Source: an uncultured Chloroflexia bacterium (GTDB taxonomy: Bacteria; Chloroflexota; Anaerolineae; Anaerolineales; E44-bin32). From it: 64,000 nt of DNA. Numbering within the stretch: position 1 is the stretch's first letter; every line of letters begins with the position of its first letter. This document shows, one piece after another, positions 10,819-22,195 of this stretch. The translations under genes were made by a program, and so were the position numbers. The stretch covers positions 12,389-76,388 of the forward strand of contig CAVZPO010000029.1 in the NCBI GenBank assembly GCA_963777165.1, written 5' to 3'. Under the pieces are notes generated by a model. That model saw only the letters and a list, made by a program, of their open reading frames with translations, made no database searches and was not told the origin of the DNA.

Positions 10819-11029
10819 AGACTCGCAGTCCGGGGTGCGTGGAATGGGGCATCGAGCACCGGGGCAGCATACCACCGCTGGAAGCAGGGCGGCACCGGGT
10901 GGACATCGATCTGTGGAAAGCCCATCCCGGTCTCGCGCACGCGTGTCGGGACCGGGGATCGATAGAGCACCGCAATCTGACCCGAGCGGGTGAGGCGGCG
11001 GTTCCAGGCCCTGCGCGGGCGACGCGGCT

Positions 11030-11908
11030 TCAGGATCCGGCCTGACAGGCGTCCCGCCATGCAGACAGATCGCGGTCCTTGAGAATCAGGCTGAAGCCGG
11101 CCTGCGGGAGCTCGGCGCAGGCGCGGTCGAAGTCGACACCGGTGTCGGTGTACTCGGCGGCGAAGACAGCTTTCCCGGCTTGCAGGAATGGCGACATGGA
11201 CTCGCACCATCCCTGGTCGAAGCAGTCCTCCGTCAGCGCCCAGTCGAAATCGAGAGCCAGGTCGGCAGCCTGCCCGGCGTCGTTCTTCAGCCCGATCGAC
11301 AGGCCGAGGGCATGCGCCTCGGATGCCAGCCAGCGGTTGTAGCGCAACTGGTCGTCGTAGGTGATCGAGAAGCCGGTGTCGTTGTCGTACCCATCGATGT
11401 TGTCGGGCTCGACGGCGTCGAACCCCTTCTCCCGGCACATGCGCAGCCGGGCGGTCATGATCGGTCCCAGCAGGTCGATGCGCCGCACATCGAGCCAGCG
11501 TTCGCCGGGCCAGCCTGCGTACTTCTCGCCGATCACGACGTCCGGGAAGTCGGCCGCATCCGGGCGCCAGTCTTCCCACGAGCCGGCGCTCAGGTAGCAG
11601 ATCGTGCTTCGCCCACGTGCGTGCAGGTCGGCGATCGTCTCCGGGCCGGTCTCAAACAGGTCGAGGTCATAGACCTCCGCGTCCACCCCCAGGTCAGCGG
11701 GCAGCCCGGACAACTGCCATTGCCAGCTGGCCGCCTGAACCGGGATCCAGGTATCCGGCGACGGGGGCACCGGCGGGATCGGCGATGGGACCGGATCCGG
11801 AAGCGTGGACTCCGCAGGTAAAGGAAGAGAGGCGGGCACCAAGCGGCAGGCCAGGCTCAACAGCAGGAGGGGAACAAGAACAGGACGCCGTCGCTTGGGG
11901 ACTTGCAT
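11030..11908 (-). CDS. GH114 endo-alpha-1,4-polygalactosaminidase family lipoprotein
   Basis: SWQWQL, YDLDLF, ICYLSAGSWEDWRPDA, KGFDAVEPDNIDGY, GLKND; lipobox SLAC. Confidence 0.88.
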   Translation of the reverse strand: MQVPKRRRPVLVPLLLLSLACRLVPASLPLPAESTLPDPVPSPIPPVPPSPDTWIPVQAASWQWQLSGLPADLGVDAEVYDLDLFETGPETIADLHARGRSTICYLSAGSWEDWRPDAADFPDVVIGEKYAGWPGERWLDVRRIDLLGPIMTARLRMCREKGFDAVEPDNIDGYDNDTGFSITYDDQLRYNRWLASEAHALGLSIGLKNDAGQAADLALDFDWALTEDCFDQGWCESMSPFLQAGKAVFAAEYTDTGVDFDRACAELPQAGFSLILKDRDLSAWRDACQAGS

Positions 11909-12016
11909 CAGCGCCCCACGCTGCAATTCGGGAGGCGGACAACTGTCCGATCCTCCGCGACGCCGATCACCGGCGGCGCCATCGCTGCCGCGAGCCGGGT
12001 GGGCGTTCTGCTTCGG

Positions 12017-13076
12017 CTATTCGGCCAGCCAGCGCTCAACGAAGTAGTCCAGGAGCGGCACGAACTCCTCCGTTGCCTTCTGGTTTCCCGCCGGCGTCGG
12101 ATGCGAGTCGCCGGGGTAGGCATAGGCCGACGTGTCCGAGCCCTGGTCGTAGACGTACTCGATCTCGCCGTCCACCAGGCGGTGATGATTGCCGCCGGAT
12201 GCGCCGGAATCGTTCTCGTCGGGAGACCCGCCGTTCGAGGTCAACACGTTGTAGAAATCGAACACGGCGACGTTGGCGAGCGGGTAGTCGGCGAGCCACT
12301 CCTCCACCAGCCAGCGGTTGAACGCACGGGCGTTGGCGGCTTGCTCGGGCGAGGTCTCATCCTCGTGGAGAGGCGGGGCGGTGATGGCCACGAACAGCTT
12401 GTCGGGGTGCGCGGCGAAAACCTCGAGCAGGTCGACGTAGATGCCTTTGGCGTTGGCGACCGTCTGCTGTCCGCTGTAAGAATCCAGGCCGCGCAGCGGG
12501 TTGTCCCCCTGCGTGGGCGGATCCTCCGGGTGCCCTTCCAGGGCCGAGTTCGGGAAGCACGACTTGAAGAGGATGATGCTGTTCTCGCCGCCTGGGTCCT
12601 GCTCGAGGCGGGTATAAGAAGCGTGCTGATCAGATTCGGCAGATCAGGGCGCCCATGATCGCCGGGCTGTCCGGGCCCAGCATCCACGTCCACCAATGGC
12701 CGGTGTCGGTGTAGGAGCCGATCGGCCCTCCAAGATCGGAGGCGTCCGGGCCCCAATCGTAGTTCGTGTCGCTGACGAAGTATCCCCAGTCCATCAGGGC
12801 CAGGCCGAGACCGCCATGCTCATCGGCGAGCCAGTTCTCGCCCGACGAATGGTGAACAAAGACCAGCTTCCGTCCATTGTCCTGCCCGGCGTCTGCCGCC
12901 GCAGACTCATCGCCGGTGGGAGGGGCTTCCGCCTGCTCGGCTTCGCCCGCACTTTCGGACACGATCTCCGGTTCCTCATCTCCACCCGCTCCGCCGGCGA
13001 TGGCGCCTGGCAGGGCGCAGGCGATCGAAATCGTCAGGCCGAAGATGATCAGCGCGGCCAGCGCAGGTCGATTCAT
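12017..13076 (-). CDS. SGNH-like hydrolase lipoprotein (single frameshift near 12644)
   Basis: Lipobox SIAC; VFVHHSSG, FKSCFP, VAVFDFY, GDSHP; removing one base near 12644 joins ORFs 12630-13109 and 12017-12391 into one frame; GGAGG SD. Confidence 0.65.
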
Positions 13077-13173
13077 GAGACGCCTCCGTCTGCAGGTGTG
13101 ATGGAACAAGACGGTCGATATGCCATTGGCTGGGCCGGCGAGGGGACGATGGGTGCATTCGAGTCGATGGGCG

Positions 13174-13380
13174 GGGCAGTGGAAGGAACCCGGCGATCAT
13201 TGCCCGGGCCATCGGATCCTGGAAGGCCGCGCTCGCTGAGTGTGAAGGACATCCCCGCCTGCGCCGGCGTCCCCCCGGGCGAGTCCGGAGGGCCCCCGCC
13301 CGCGACGGATGGAAGTTTATAGGAGCCCGGCGGCATGCACAACCACCGACACGGGCAGAGGGACAGATGCCTCACTGCTC
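13174..13380 (+). ncRNA. Structured non-coding element: orphan IS110 non-coding end (bridge-RNA-like) or 6S-like RNA; strand uncertain
   Basis: Nested inverted repeats GGGCAGTG/CACTGCTC, TGCCCG/CGGGCA, CATCC/GGATG, CCCCCCGG/CCGGAGGG; direct repeat AGGA(A/G)CCCGGCG; family attribution from recalled similarity only. Confidence 0.45.
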
Positions 13381-13386
13381 GCTTCC

Positions 13387-13435
13387 AAAACGAAAGCCCG
13401 GCCGGCCTTGGTCCTGAGAACCTGGCCGGTCGGGC
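13387..13435 (-). terminator. Intrinsic terminator of the mtnA-ahcY operon
   Basis: 12-bp GC stem 13396-13407/13424-13435 followed by TTTCGTTTT on the minus strand. Confidence 0.7.
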
Positions 13436-13493
13436 CCGGAATGCTGGCTGGTCGTGCGCGCCGCGATCCGATGTGCAACCGGTGACCGGCGGC

Positions 13494-15537
<2,044 letters not shown>

Positions 15538-15541
<4 letters not shown>

Positions 15542-16491
15542 ACCAGGCGATCCAGTTCGCCGTGGTCGTCGAAGTGCGTTCGGAACCGGCGGACAAATCC
15601 TGGCAGGTCATAGCTGTGAGTCTGCGTGCCCTTGGCCTCCAGGCAGTACGTCGCCGCCAGCGCGCCCATCTGCGCGCAACGCTCCAGCGTCAGGCTGTGG
15701 ACGAATCCTTTGAGGAAGCCGCCCCGGAATGCGTCGCCCACGCCGGTCGGATCCGCCAGGCTGATCGGGGGGACGGAGGGTACATGAACCACGCCGCCTC
15801 GCGTGTGGACGTCCACGCCTCCCTCGCCGAGGGTCACGGCCACAAACGCCGCCCGCTCTACGAGGGTCTGGGGGGTTAGCCCCGTCTTCTCCTCAATCAA
15901 CGCAAACTCGTAGTCATTGCCGAAGGCCGCCATACAGCCTCCGAGTCCTTGGGCGAGGGTCGTGGCATCCATGCGGACGATCTGTTGGCTCGGGTCGTAG
16001 ACATACGGGATGCCGAGGCTCAGGCATTCCTCGGCATGGCGGAGCATCGCCGTGGGGTCGTTGGCTGAGATCACAACCAGCGACGGGCGCGGTTCGATCT
16101 CACCCAGCTTCAGGTCGCCGGCGCTCGCCATGGCGCCGGTGTAGAAGCTGGCGATCTGCGAGTTGATCGTGTCGGTGGTGACGAAGAAGGAAGCCGTCCA
16201 CTGCCCCGGAACTGTTCGAATCGTCGATGTGTCGACGCCTTTGGAATCCAGCCAGGCGCGGAAGTCCTCGAAATCCTCCCCGACCGTCCCGACGACCTTG
16301 GGGTGCTCGCCCAGGAGCGCCAGCGTGTAAGCGATGTTGGCGGCGATCCCGCCGCGCCGGCGTTCAAGCGAATCCACCAGGAAGGACAGGCTCAGGCGAT
16401 CCAGGCGATCGGGGAGGATGTGGTCTTTGAACCTCCCGGGGAAGGTCATCAGGTAGTCGAAGGCGATCGAACCGGAAAGGGCGATGGTCAT
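15538..16491 (-). CDS. PfkB-family kinase (adenosine kinase-like)
   Basis: GSIAFD, GGIAANIAY, DPSQQ, NDYE, DPTGVGDAFRGG. Confidence 0.9.
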
Positions 16492-17546
16492 GCGGACATT
16501 CCTTCCTGGGTCGCCCGGCGCAGCGCCGCATCGAACGGAGGCCGGTGTACGCCGGCTTCGGTCACCAGCGCCGTGATCAGTGCATGAGGCGTGACATCGA
16601 AGGCCGGATTGCGCGCGCGGCTTCCAGGCGGCGCGGCCGGCTGACCGTCCATCGACAGCCCCAGAACCTCATCGGCTGGACGGTCCTCGATCGGGACCGA
16701 GTCCCCGTCGGGGCACTCGAGATCGACCGTCGAGGTCGGGAAGACAGCATAGAACGGCACCCGGCTGGCCGAGGCGGCCAGGGCCAGCATGTACGTCCCG
16801 ACCTTGTTGACCACGTCGCCGTTTGCGGCGACGCGATCGGCGCCCACCAGTACGGCCTGCACTTCCCCACGGCGCAGGAAGGTTCCCGCTGCGCCGTCGG
16901 TGATGATCTCGAACGAGACCCCGAGCTGCTGGAGTTCCCAGGCCGTCAGCCGGGAGCCTTGCAGCCGCGGCCGCGTCTCATCGACCAGGACGTGCAGGCG
17001 CTTGCCCTGTTCGTGCGCGGCGCGCACGATCCCCAGGGCCGTGCCGTAGTCCACCGCCGCCAATCCGCCAGTGTGGCAGTGGTGGATCAACGTGTCCCCG
17101 TCGTTCAGCAGCGCAGCCCCGTGCTGCCCGATGCGTCGGTTTCTGGCGACCTCGTCATCGGCGAGTCGCTGCGCCTGGTCCAGGAAGGCCGCCTGCGCCG
17201 CGTCGACCGACGACAGCTCGGCCGCCCGGACTCGACGCATCAGCTGATCCAGCGCCCAGGCCAGATTGATGGCAGTGGGGCGGGAAGCCTGCAGCCGGCG
17301 CGCGCCGCGGGCGATGTCCTCCCAGAAGGCGGTGAGATCGGAGGCGTCCGAGGCGTGTGCCGCCAGAGCCAGCCCGAACCCTGCCGTCGCGCCGATCGTT
17401 GGCGCGCCCCGCACCGCCATCCCGGTGATGGCGTCGGCGACGTCGTTGACGGTCAACAGGTCGAGGCATTCGACCCGGGCCGGGAGTCGCCGCTGGTCGA
17501 TGACGCGCACGGCAGGTCCGATCGGGTTCCATTCGACTGCGCGCAT
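16488..17546 (-). CDS. mtnA: S-methyl-5-thioribose-1-phosphate isomerase
   Basis: IDQRRLP, VRGAPTIG, RPTAINL, DETRPRLQGSRLTAWEL, GADR, NKVGT, NPAFDVTP. Confidence 0.95.
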   Translation of the reverse strand: MRAVEWNPIGPAVRVIDQRRLPARVECLDLLTVNDVADAITGMAVRGAPTIGATAGFGLALAAHASDASDLTAFWEDIARGARRLQASRPTAINLAWALDQLMRRVRAAELSSVDAAQAAFLDQAQRLADDEVARNRRIGQHGAALLNDGDTLIHHCHTGGLAAVDYGTALGIVRAAHEQGKRLHVLVDETRPRLQGSRLTAWELQQLGVSFEIITDGAAGTFLRRGEVQAVLVGADRVAANGDVVNKVGTYMLALAASASRVPFYAVFPTSTVDLECPDGDSVPIEDRPADEVLGLSMDGQPAAPPGSRARNPAFDVTPHALITALVTEAGVHRPPFDAALRRATQEGMSA

Positions 17547-17655
17547 GGGATCTCGTTCCTGAGGCCTGTCCGGAGTCGATCCTCGAGGGGCGGGGCGCCG
17601 CCCGGGGCACGAAAGCGCGCTCTCGAGCGGAGAGCGCGGGGTCTGGGCACGTTCG

Positions 17656-17684
17656 AGTCTAGCACACAGGCAGTGAGGCGACAA
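17656..17684 (-). promoter_or_regulatory. Promoter of the mtnA operon
   Basis: TTGTCG-17 bp-TAGACT with extended TG on the minus strand. Confidence 0.55.
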
Positions 17685-17743
17685 GGCGGCATCACGGCAG
17701 AGACGAGCGATGCCCAATGTCCCCCTGGCTTCGGAAGTCGTCG

Positions 17744-17772
17744 TTGACACCCTCCGGCAACCCCCGTATGAT
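17744..17772 (+). promoter_or_regulatory. Promoter of the transglycosylase gene (likely leaderless mRNA)
   Basis: TTGACA-17 bp-TATGAT, 7 nt before ATG 17780, no SD. Confidence 0.75.
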
Positions 17773-17779
17773 GCCGGCC

Positions 17780-20188
17780 ATGCCGACGTTCAGAGCCCTG
17801 GTCGCCTTCCTGCTTGTGGCGCAGCTCCTCGCCGCGTGCACGGCGCCGTCATCGTCGCCGGAGACCGTGGCTGTCGTCACGCCGACGCCTGTCCCGAGCG
17901 ACACACCGATCCCATCGCCTGAGCCAACGGCCACTCCTTCCCCGGCCGAATTCCTTGGAGAGGCGGACGCCGCATTGCGAAACGGGGACTGGGACACTGC
18001 CCTTGGGCTGTATCAACAGGCGCAGCTCGTGGCGGGCGACCCAGCAGCGCAGGCCGAGGCGCAGCTTGGCGTCGGCCGGACGTACCTCAGTTGGGGGCGC
18101 ACGGCTGAGGCGGCACAGGCACTCGATCAGTTCCTGTCGGCTTATCCCGGCGACGCACGCGCCGCCGAGGCGAGCTTTCTGCGTGCGGTGGCGCGTGAGC
18201 AGCTCGGTCAGCCCGGTGAGGCGCTGCAGGATTACCAGCAGTACCTGGCTCAGCGACCCGGCGTGATCGACGGCTTCGTCCACGAGAAGATCGGCGATTT
18301 ATGGCGCGGCCTGGGCGCACCGCTCGACGGCGTCGCCGCCTATCGCAGCGCCCTTGCGGCGCCGCGTCTCGGCAGCGACGCCACGCTTCGGGTCAAGATC
18401 GGCCGGGCGCTGGTGGAGGCCAATGACGCCGACGGTGCGCTGGCCGAGTACGCCGCGCTGGCGCAAACGACGTCGGAGCCGTCTCTCCTGGCAACCCTCA
18501 ACTACCTCTCCGGCCTGGCGCTGGAGCTGAAGGGAGAGACCGCTTCGGCACAGGCGCGCTACCTCGATTCGGTGGAGCGCTTCCCGGACGCCTATGACAC
18601 GTACAGCGGGCTGGTGCGGCTGGTCGACGCCGGGGTCCCGGTCGATGACTACCTGCGCGGCTATATCGATTTCCAGGCCGGCGCGTATGAGCCTGCAAGG
18701 CAGGCATTCGACCGAGCCATCGGCCGCGCGCCCACCGGGCCCGCCTACTACTACCGCGCCCTCAGCCTGCTCGAGATTGGAGACGTGTACGGCGCCATCG
18801 AGGACCTGCGCGCCGTCGTGCTGCAGTATCCGGACGAGCCGCTGCGCGCCAGTGCCTGGCGGACGCTGGCCCGCATCCGCTGGACCGAGCTCGACTTGCC
18901 GGTCGACGCGGTGCAGACGTACCTGGATTTCGTCGGCAACATGCCGGGCGATGCGGCGGCGGCGGAGGCTCTCTTCGACGCCGGACGTATTGCGGAGCGC
19001 TCGGGTGATCTCGGCTGGGCAGTGGAGATCTGGCTGCGGCTGCCGGCCGAGTATCCGGCCAGTGCCGAGGCATACTCCGGTTCCTTCCAGGCCGGCATCG
19101 CCCTTACCCGGCTGCAGACACACACTTCGGCGGAGTCGGCGTTTCTGACGGCCGAGACGAAGGCCACGGATCCGGAAGACCGGGCGGCGGCGCTCGTGTG
19201 GGTAGGCAAGGCTCGCAAGGCGCAAGGCAACGATGGCGGGGCGGCCGAAGCCTGGCAGGCAGCCGCCGCGGCGGATCCCACCGGCTACTATTCCCTTCGG
19301 GCCGCCGACCTGCTCGCCGGGCGCACGCCGTTCCAATCGCCGGGGCTCCCCAACTTCGTCACCGACGCGATGGCGGAACGCACCGAGGCGGAGACATGGC
19401 TCCGGTCGACGTTTGCCCTTGCCGGCCCGGAGCCCTTGTCCGGACTGAGCCCGGCCCTGGCCGCGGATCCACGACTGACGCGCGCCGAAGAATACCTGAG
19501 GCTGGGGTTGGTGGTCGAGGCGAAGGCCGAGCTCGAGTCCCTTCGGCTGTCAGTGGAGCCGGACGCCGAGGCTACCTACCGCCTGATGCACAAGCTCCTC
19601 GAGCTGCGCATGTACCCGCAGGCGATCTTTGCTGCGCGACAGGTCCTACGGCTGGCGGGGATGGATGACGGCGCAACCGCATCGGCTCCCGAATACTTCA
19701 ACCGCATTCGCTTCGCGCCGTACTTTGGCGAGTTGATCCTGCCGGCGGCAGCCGACGCCGGGCTCGATCCCTTGTATGTGTTGAGCGTCGTCCGTCAGGA
19801 GAGCCTGTTCGAAGGCTATGCCACGTCATACGCCGAGGCGCGGGGCCTGATGCAGGTGATCCCTTCCACCGGCGAGCAGCTGGCGCAGCAGTTGGGCTGG
19901 CCGCCGGGGTATACGGATCGCGACCTGTACCGTCCCATCGTCAGCGTACGCTTCGGCACGGCCTATCTGGCCGAGCAGCGCGATCGATTCGACGGCGATC
20001 TGGTGGCTGCCCTGGCAGCCTACAACGCCGGCCCGGGCAACGCGCTGATCTGGAAGGAACTGGCCCCGAGTGACCCGGATCTCTTCCTCGAAGTCATCCG
20101 CCTCGACCAGCCTCACCTGTACATCACCACGATCTACGAGGTCTTCTGCCGCTACCGCGACCTGTATACCGAGCCGGCGAGCCCCTGA
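17780..20188 (+). CDS. TPR-repeat lipoprotein with C-terminal soluble lytic transglycosylase (SLT) domain
   Basis: Lipobox LAAC; tandem TPR-like helices; VVRQES, ARGLMQV, AAYNAGPG. Confidence 0.9.
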   Translation: MPTFRALVAFLLVAQLLAACTAPSSSPETVAVVTPTPVPSDTPIPSPEPTATPSPAEFLGEADAALRNGDWDTALGLYQQAQLVAGDPAAQAEAQLGVGRTYLSWGRTAEAAQALDQFLSAYPGDARAAEASFLRAVAREQLGQPGEALQDYQQYLAQRPGVIDGFVHEKIGDLWRGLGAPLDGVAAYRSALAAPRLGSDATLRVKIGRALVEANDADGALAEYAALAQTTSEPSLLATLNYLSGLALELKGETASAQARYLDSVERFPDAYDTYSGLVRLVDAGVPVDDYLRGYIDFQAGAYEPARQAFDRAIGRAPTGPAYYYRALSLLEIGDVYGAIEDLRAVVLQYPDEPLRASAWRTLARIRWTELDLPVDAVQTYLDFVGNMPGDAAAAEALFDAGRIAERSGDLGWAVEIWLRLPAEYPASAEAYSGSFQAGIALTRLQTHTSAESAFLTAETKATDPEDRAAALVWVGKARKAQGNDGGAAEAWQAAAAADPTGYYSLRAADLLAGRTPFQSPGLPNFVTDAMAERTEAETWLRSTFALAGPEPLSGLSPALAADPRLTRAEEYLRLGLVVEAKAELESLRLSVEPDAEATYRLMHKLLELRMYPQAIFAARQVLRLAGMDDGATASAPEYFNRIRFAPYFGELILPAAADAGLDPLYVLSVVRQESLFEGYATSYAEARGLMQVIPSTGEQLAQQLGWPPGYTDRDLYRPIVSVRFGTAYLAEQRDRFDGDLVAALAAYNAGPGNALIWKELAPSDPDLFLEVIRLDQPHLYITTIYEVFCRYRDLYTEPASP

Positions 20189-20227
20189 CCCGTGCCGAAG
20201 GCACCAGTCTGATCGTGGGTTCGCAGC

Positions 20228-20938
20228 CTAATCGGGGAGGCGTGCCACTCCGCCTATCTCGTCGAGCGCGTCTCGAAGTTGGTCGAAGCGCGCCGGGGGC
20301 ATCTTCGGCAGGTGGGCCGGGAGCCTCTTGCGGAGCTGTGCCGGCTGGCACACGGGGATCGGCGGCGACTCGACGATCACCTCCGCGTTGGGGTGGACAA
20401 ACAGGACGATGGCGTTGACCGGGACGGGCGGACCGCCCGCCAGGAGCCGTGCATCGAGCAACTGGCTGAGCCGCCGTGCGTCGGCCTGAGCCCGGGCGAT
20501 CGGATCGCCAAACGTCTCCTCGACGAAGAAGCGCAGCGCGCGGCCGAGCGGCATGTGCTGTTTCCAGCGCCCGTCACGATACACGAACCTGCCCTCCAGG
20601 TTCACGGTCTCGATCACCACGATCCCGCTCGTCGTCAGCAGCACGTGGTCGATGGGGAGCAGGTAGTGGTAGATCCGGGAGGGATCGCCGAGTCCTTTCA
20701 GCCCGAGCGCCAGCGTGTCCTCGGGTCGCGGCTTCTTCACCCAGCGGTTGGCAAAGTAGATCCCCACGGTGGAGACGGCAAAGCCCACCACGAGCAGGAT
20801 GGCGGTGAGCGTCGCCCACTGCGGCCGGCTCATCGTGAGCACGACGGCACCCAGGATGACCAGCAAGCCCCCCAGGCTGGCGGCATGCGACGCCGATGCG
20901 CGACGGCGAAGGCGTTCCCGATCGATCAGGATCTTCAT
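20228..20938 (-). CDS. Membrane-anchored NERD (nuclease-related) domain protein
   Basis: Two TM helices, then IDHVLLTTSGIVVIET..EG; GGAGGA SD. Confidence 0.7.
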   Translation of the reverse strand: MKILIDRERLRRRASASHAASLGGLLVILGAVVLTMSRPQWATLTAILLVVGFAVSTVGIYFANRWVKKPRPEDTLALGLKGLGDPSRIYHYLLPIDHVLLTTSGIVVIETVNLEGRFVYRDGRWKQHMPLGRALRFFVEETFGDPIARAQADARRLSQLLDARLLAGGPPVPVNAIVLFVHPNAEVIVESPPIPVCQPAQLRKRLPAHLPKMPPARFDQLRDALDEIGGVARLPD

Positions 20939-21296
20939 GGCGTGGTGTGTATCCTCCGGAAAACCGGGGCCAGTGCGTCGTACACCCGGCGATACTCCTC
21001 GCACATCCGCCCGTAGCGGCGTTCGAGCGAACGGCGGGGCTCCACAACGTCATCGATGCGGATCTGATCGTCGACGGCGTCCACGCCAGGGTACACCGCC
21101 ATCCCGACGGCCACCGTGAGTGCCGCACCCATGGTGCCCGCCTCGAGCAGGTGTTCCACCACCTGCAGCGGCGGTCCCATTACATTACATCGCTCAAACT
21201 TCGCGTCCAGACCGGGCTGCTGCACTCGCCGCCGATGGAGTTCAGGGCGCCGATCTCGGCGCCCAGCGCCTCGAGCGCCTCGCAGATCCAGCGCAC
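20935..21296 (-). pseudogene. C-terminal remnant of an FGGY-family carbohydrate kinase (xylulokinase-like)
   Basis: RWICEALEALG..LNSIGG..SPVW..SDVM then GPPLQVV..EAGTMGAALTVAVGMAVY..YRRVYDAL; broken by a 5-bp ATGTA duplication near 21180; no 5' part. Confidence 0.72.
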
Positions 21297-21388
21297 AGGA
21301 CCGCCTTGTCCCCTCCGGTTCCGGTATCGTGCGCCAGCAAATACCGCTGGTCCATCATGCGGCATGCAGGCCCTCCCGGGTCGGGCGT

Positions 21389-22168
21389 TCAACGCATCAG
21401 TTCTTCGACGTCCTTGTACCACTTGACCCGCTCGCCGACGGCGGCGCGCACTTTCCAGCGGCGAGACTTCGGCGCGGCATCGATCCGGGCGCGCAGATCC
21501 AGGATGCGCTGGCTGACGACGCGTTTGTCCTCGGTACTCAACTGCGGGTACCGCCCGAGTGCCTCGAGCACAGTGTCCAGGTTGGCGGTGAGCGTGCGCC
21601 ACCAGCCCCAGTCCGAGGCGGCGAAGCGGCAGACGATCCGAGCGTTGATCGTCTGGTTATCGCCTTCGTCGACGGGATGTTCGCGCAAGAGCATGATCGT
21701 GTCGATCAGGTCCTTCTCGTTGATGCGGACGATCTGCATCTTCTCGAGCAGCAGTTCGGCCAGGGGGATCGTCGGCCAGTCCGCCTCCAGCCGGCCCGTG
21801 AAGGGCAGGGGGTGGCAGAAATCCAGTTTGTCCAGGAAGACGTCGATGTGGCGCCCGTAGTGCGGGTCGTGGAAAATCAGCCGCCCCTCCCCAAACAGGC
21901 GGGTGACCATCTTGTCCTCGTCGTAGCCGGCGTCGGTCAGAAAGCGGATGATGGCCTGGAAATCGCGGCTGTAGCCGACGAAATCGATATCGGTGAAGAC
22001 GCGCCCGAGCGCATCCTGCAGCCGGCCGTGCTCGGGACAGTGGGTGCGAAAGGCCAGGGCTCCTATCAGGCGCAGGGATAGGGCGCGATTCTCGGGTCGC
22101 TCCAGCGCCTCCAGCAGGCGCGAGCATTCGGCGAGGAAGTCTTCCAGGATCGGACCGTAGGCTCTCAT
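21389..22168 (-). CDS. Putative nucleotidyltransferase (Pol-beta fold)
   Basis: LIGALAF, TDIDF, HIDVF acidic triad, LLEKMQ..EKDLID; GGAGGG SD. Confidence 0.65.
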   Translation of the reverse strand: MRAYGPILEDFLAECSRLLEALERPENRALSLRLIGALAFRTHCPEHGRLQDALGRVFTDIDFVGYSRDFQAIIRFLTDAGYDEDKMVTRLFGEGRLIFHDPHYGRHIDVFLDKLDFCHPLPFTGRLEADWPTIPLAELLLEKMQIVRINEKDLIDTIMLLREHPVDEGDNQTINARIVCRFAASDWGWWRTLTANLDTVLEALGRYPQLSTEDKRVVSQRILDLRARIDAAPKSRRWKVRAAVGERVKWYKDVEELMR

Positions 22169-22195
22169 CGGATCCCTCCGCCGCGGCCGCCAACC

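Noticed and set aside
10905-10963. Hairpin upstream of the radical SAM gene as a regulatory RNA
   Set aside because: Single stem (CCCGGTCTCG/CGGGACCGGG) with no recognised motif; could simply end the GH114 transcript
13174-13380. RNase P RNA, suggested by GAACCCGGC and GACAGATG
   Set aside because: Too short, lacks GGAAAGTCC and AGTGC.ACAGAAA, and the motifs are in the wrong order
17547-17655. SAH or SAM riboswitch upstream of the mtnA-ahcY operon
   Set aside because: Only a simple hairpin (GCGCTCTC/GAGAGCGC); the SAH (GAGGAGCG..AGGCTC) and SAM-I (ATC.AGAG..GAAAGAT) cores were not found
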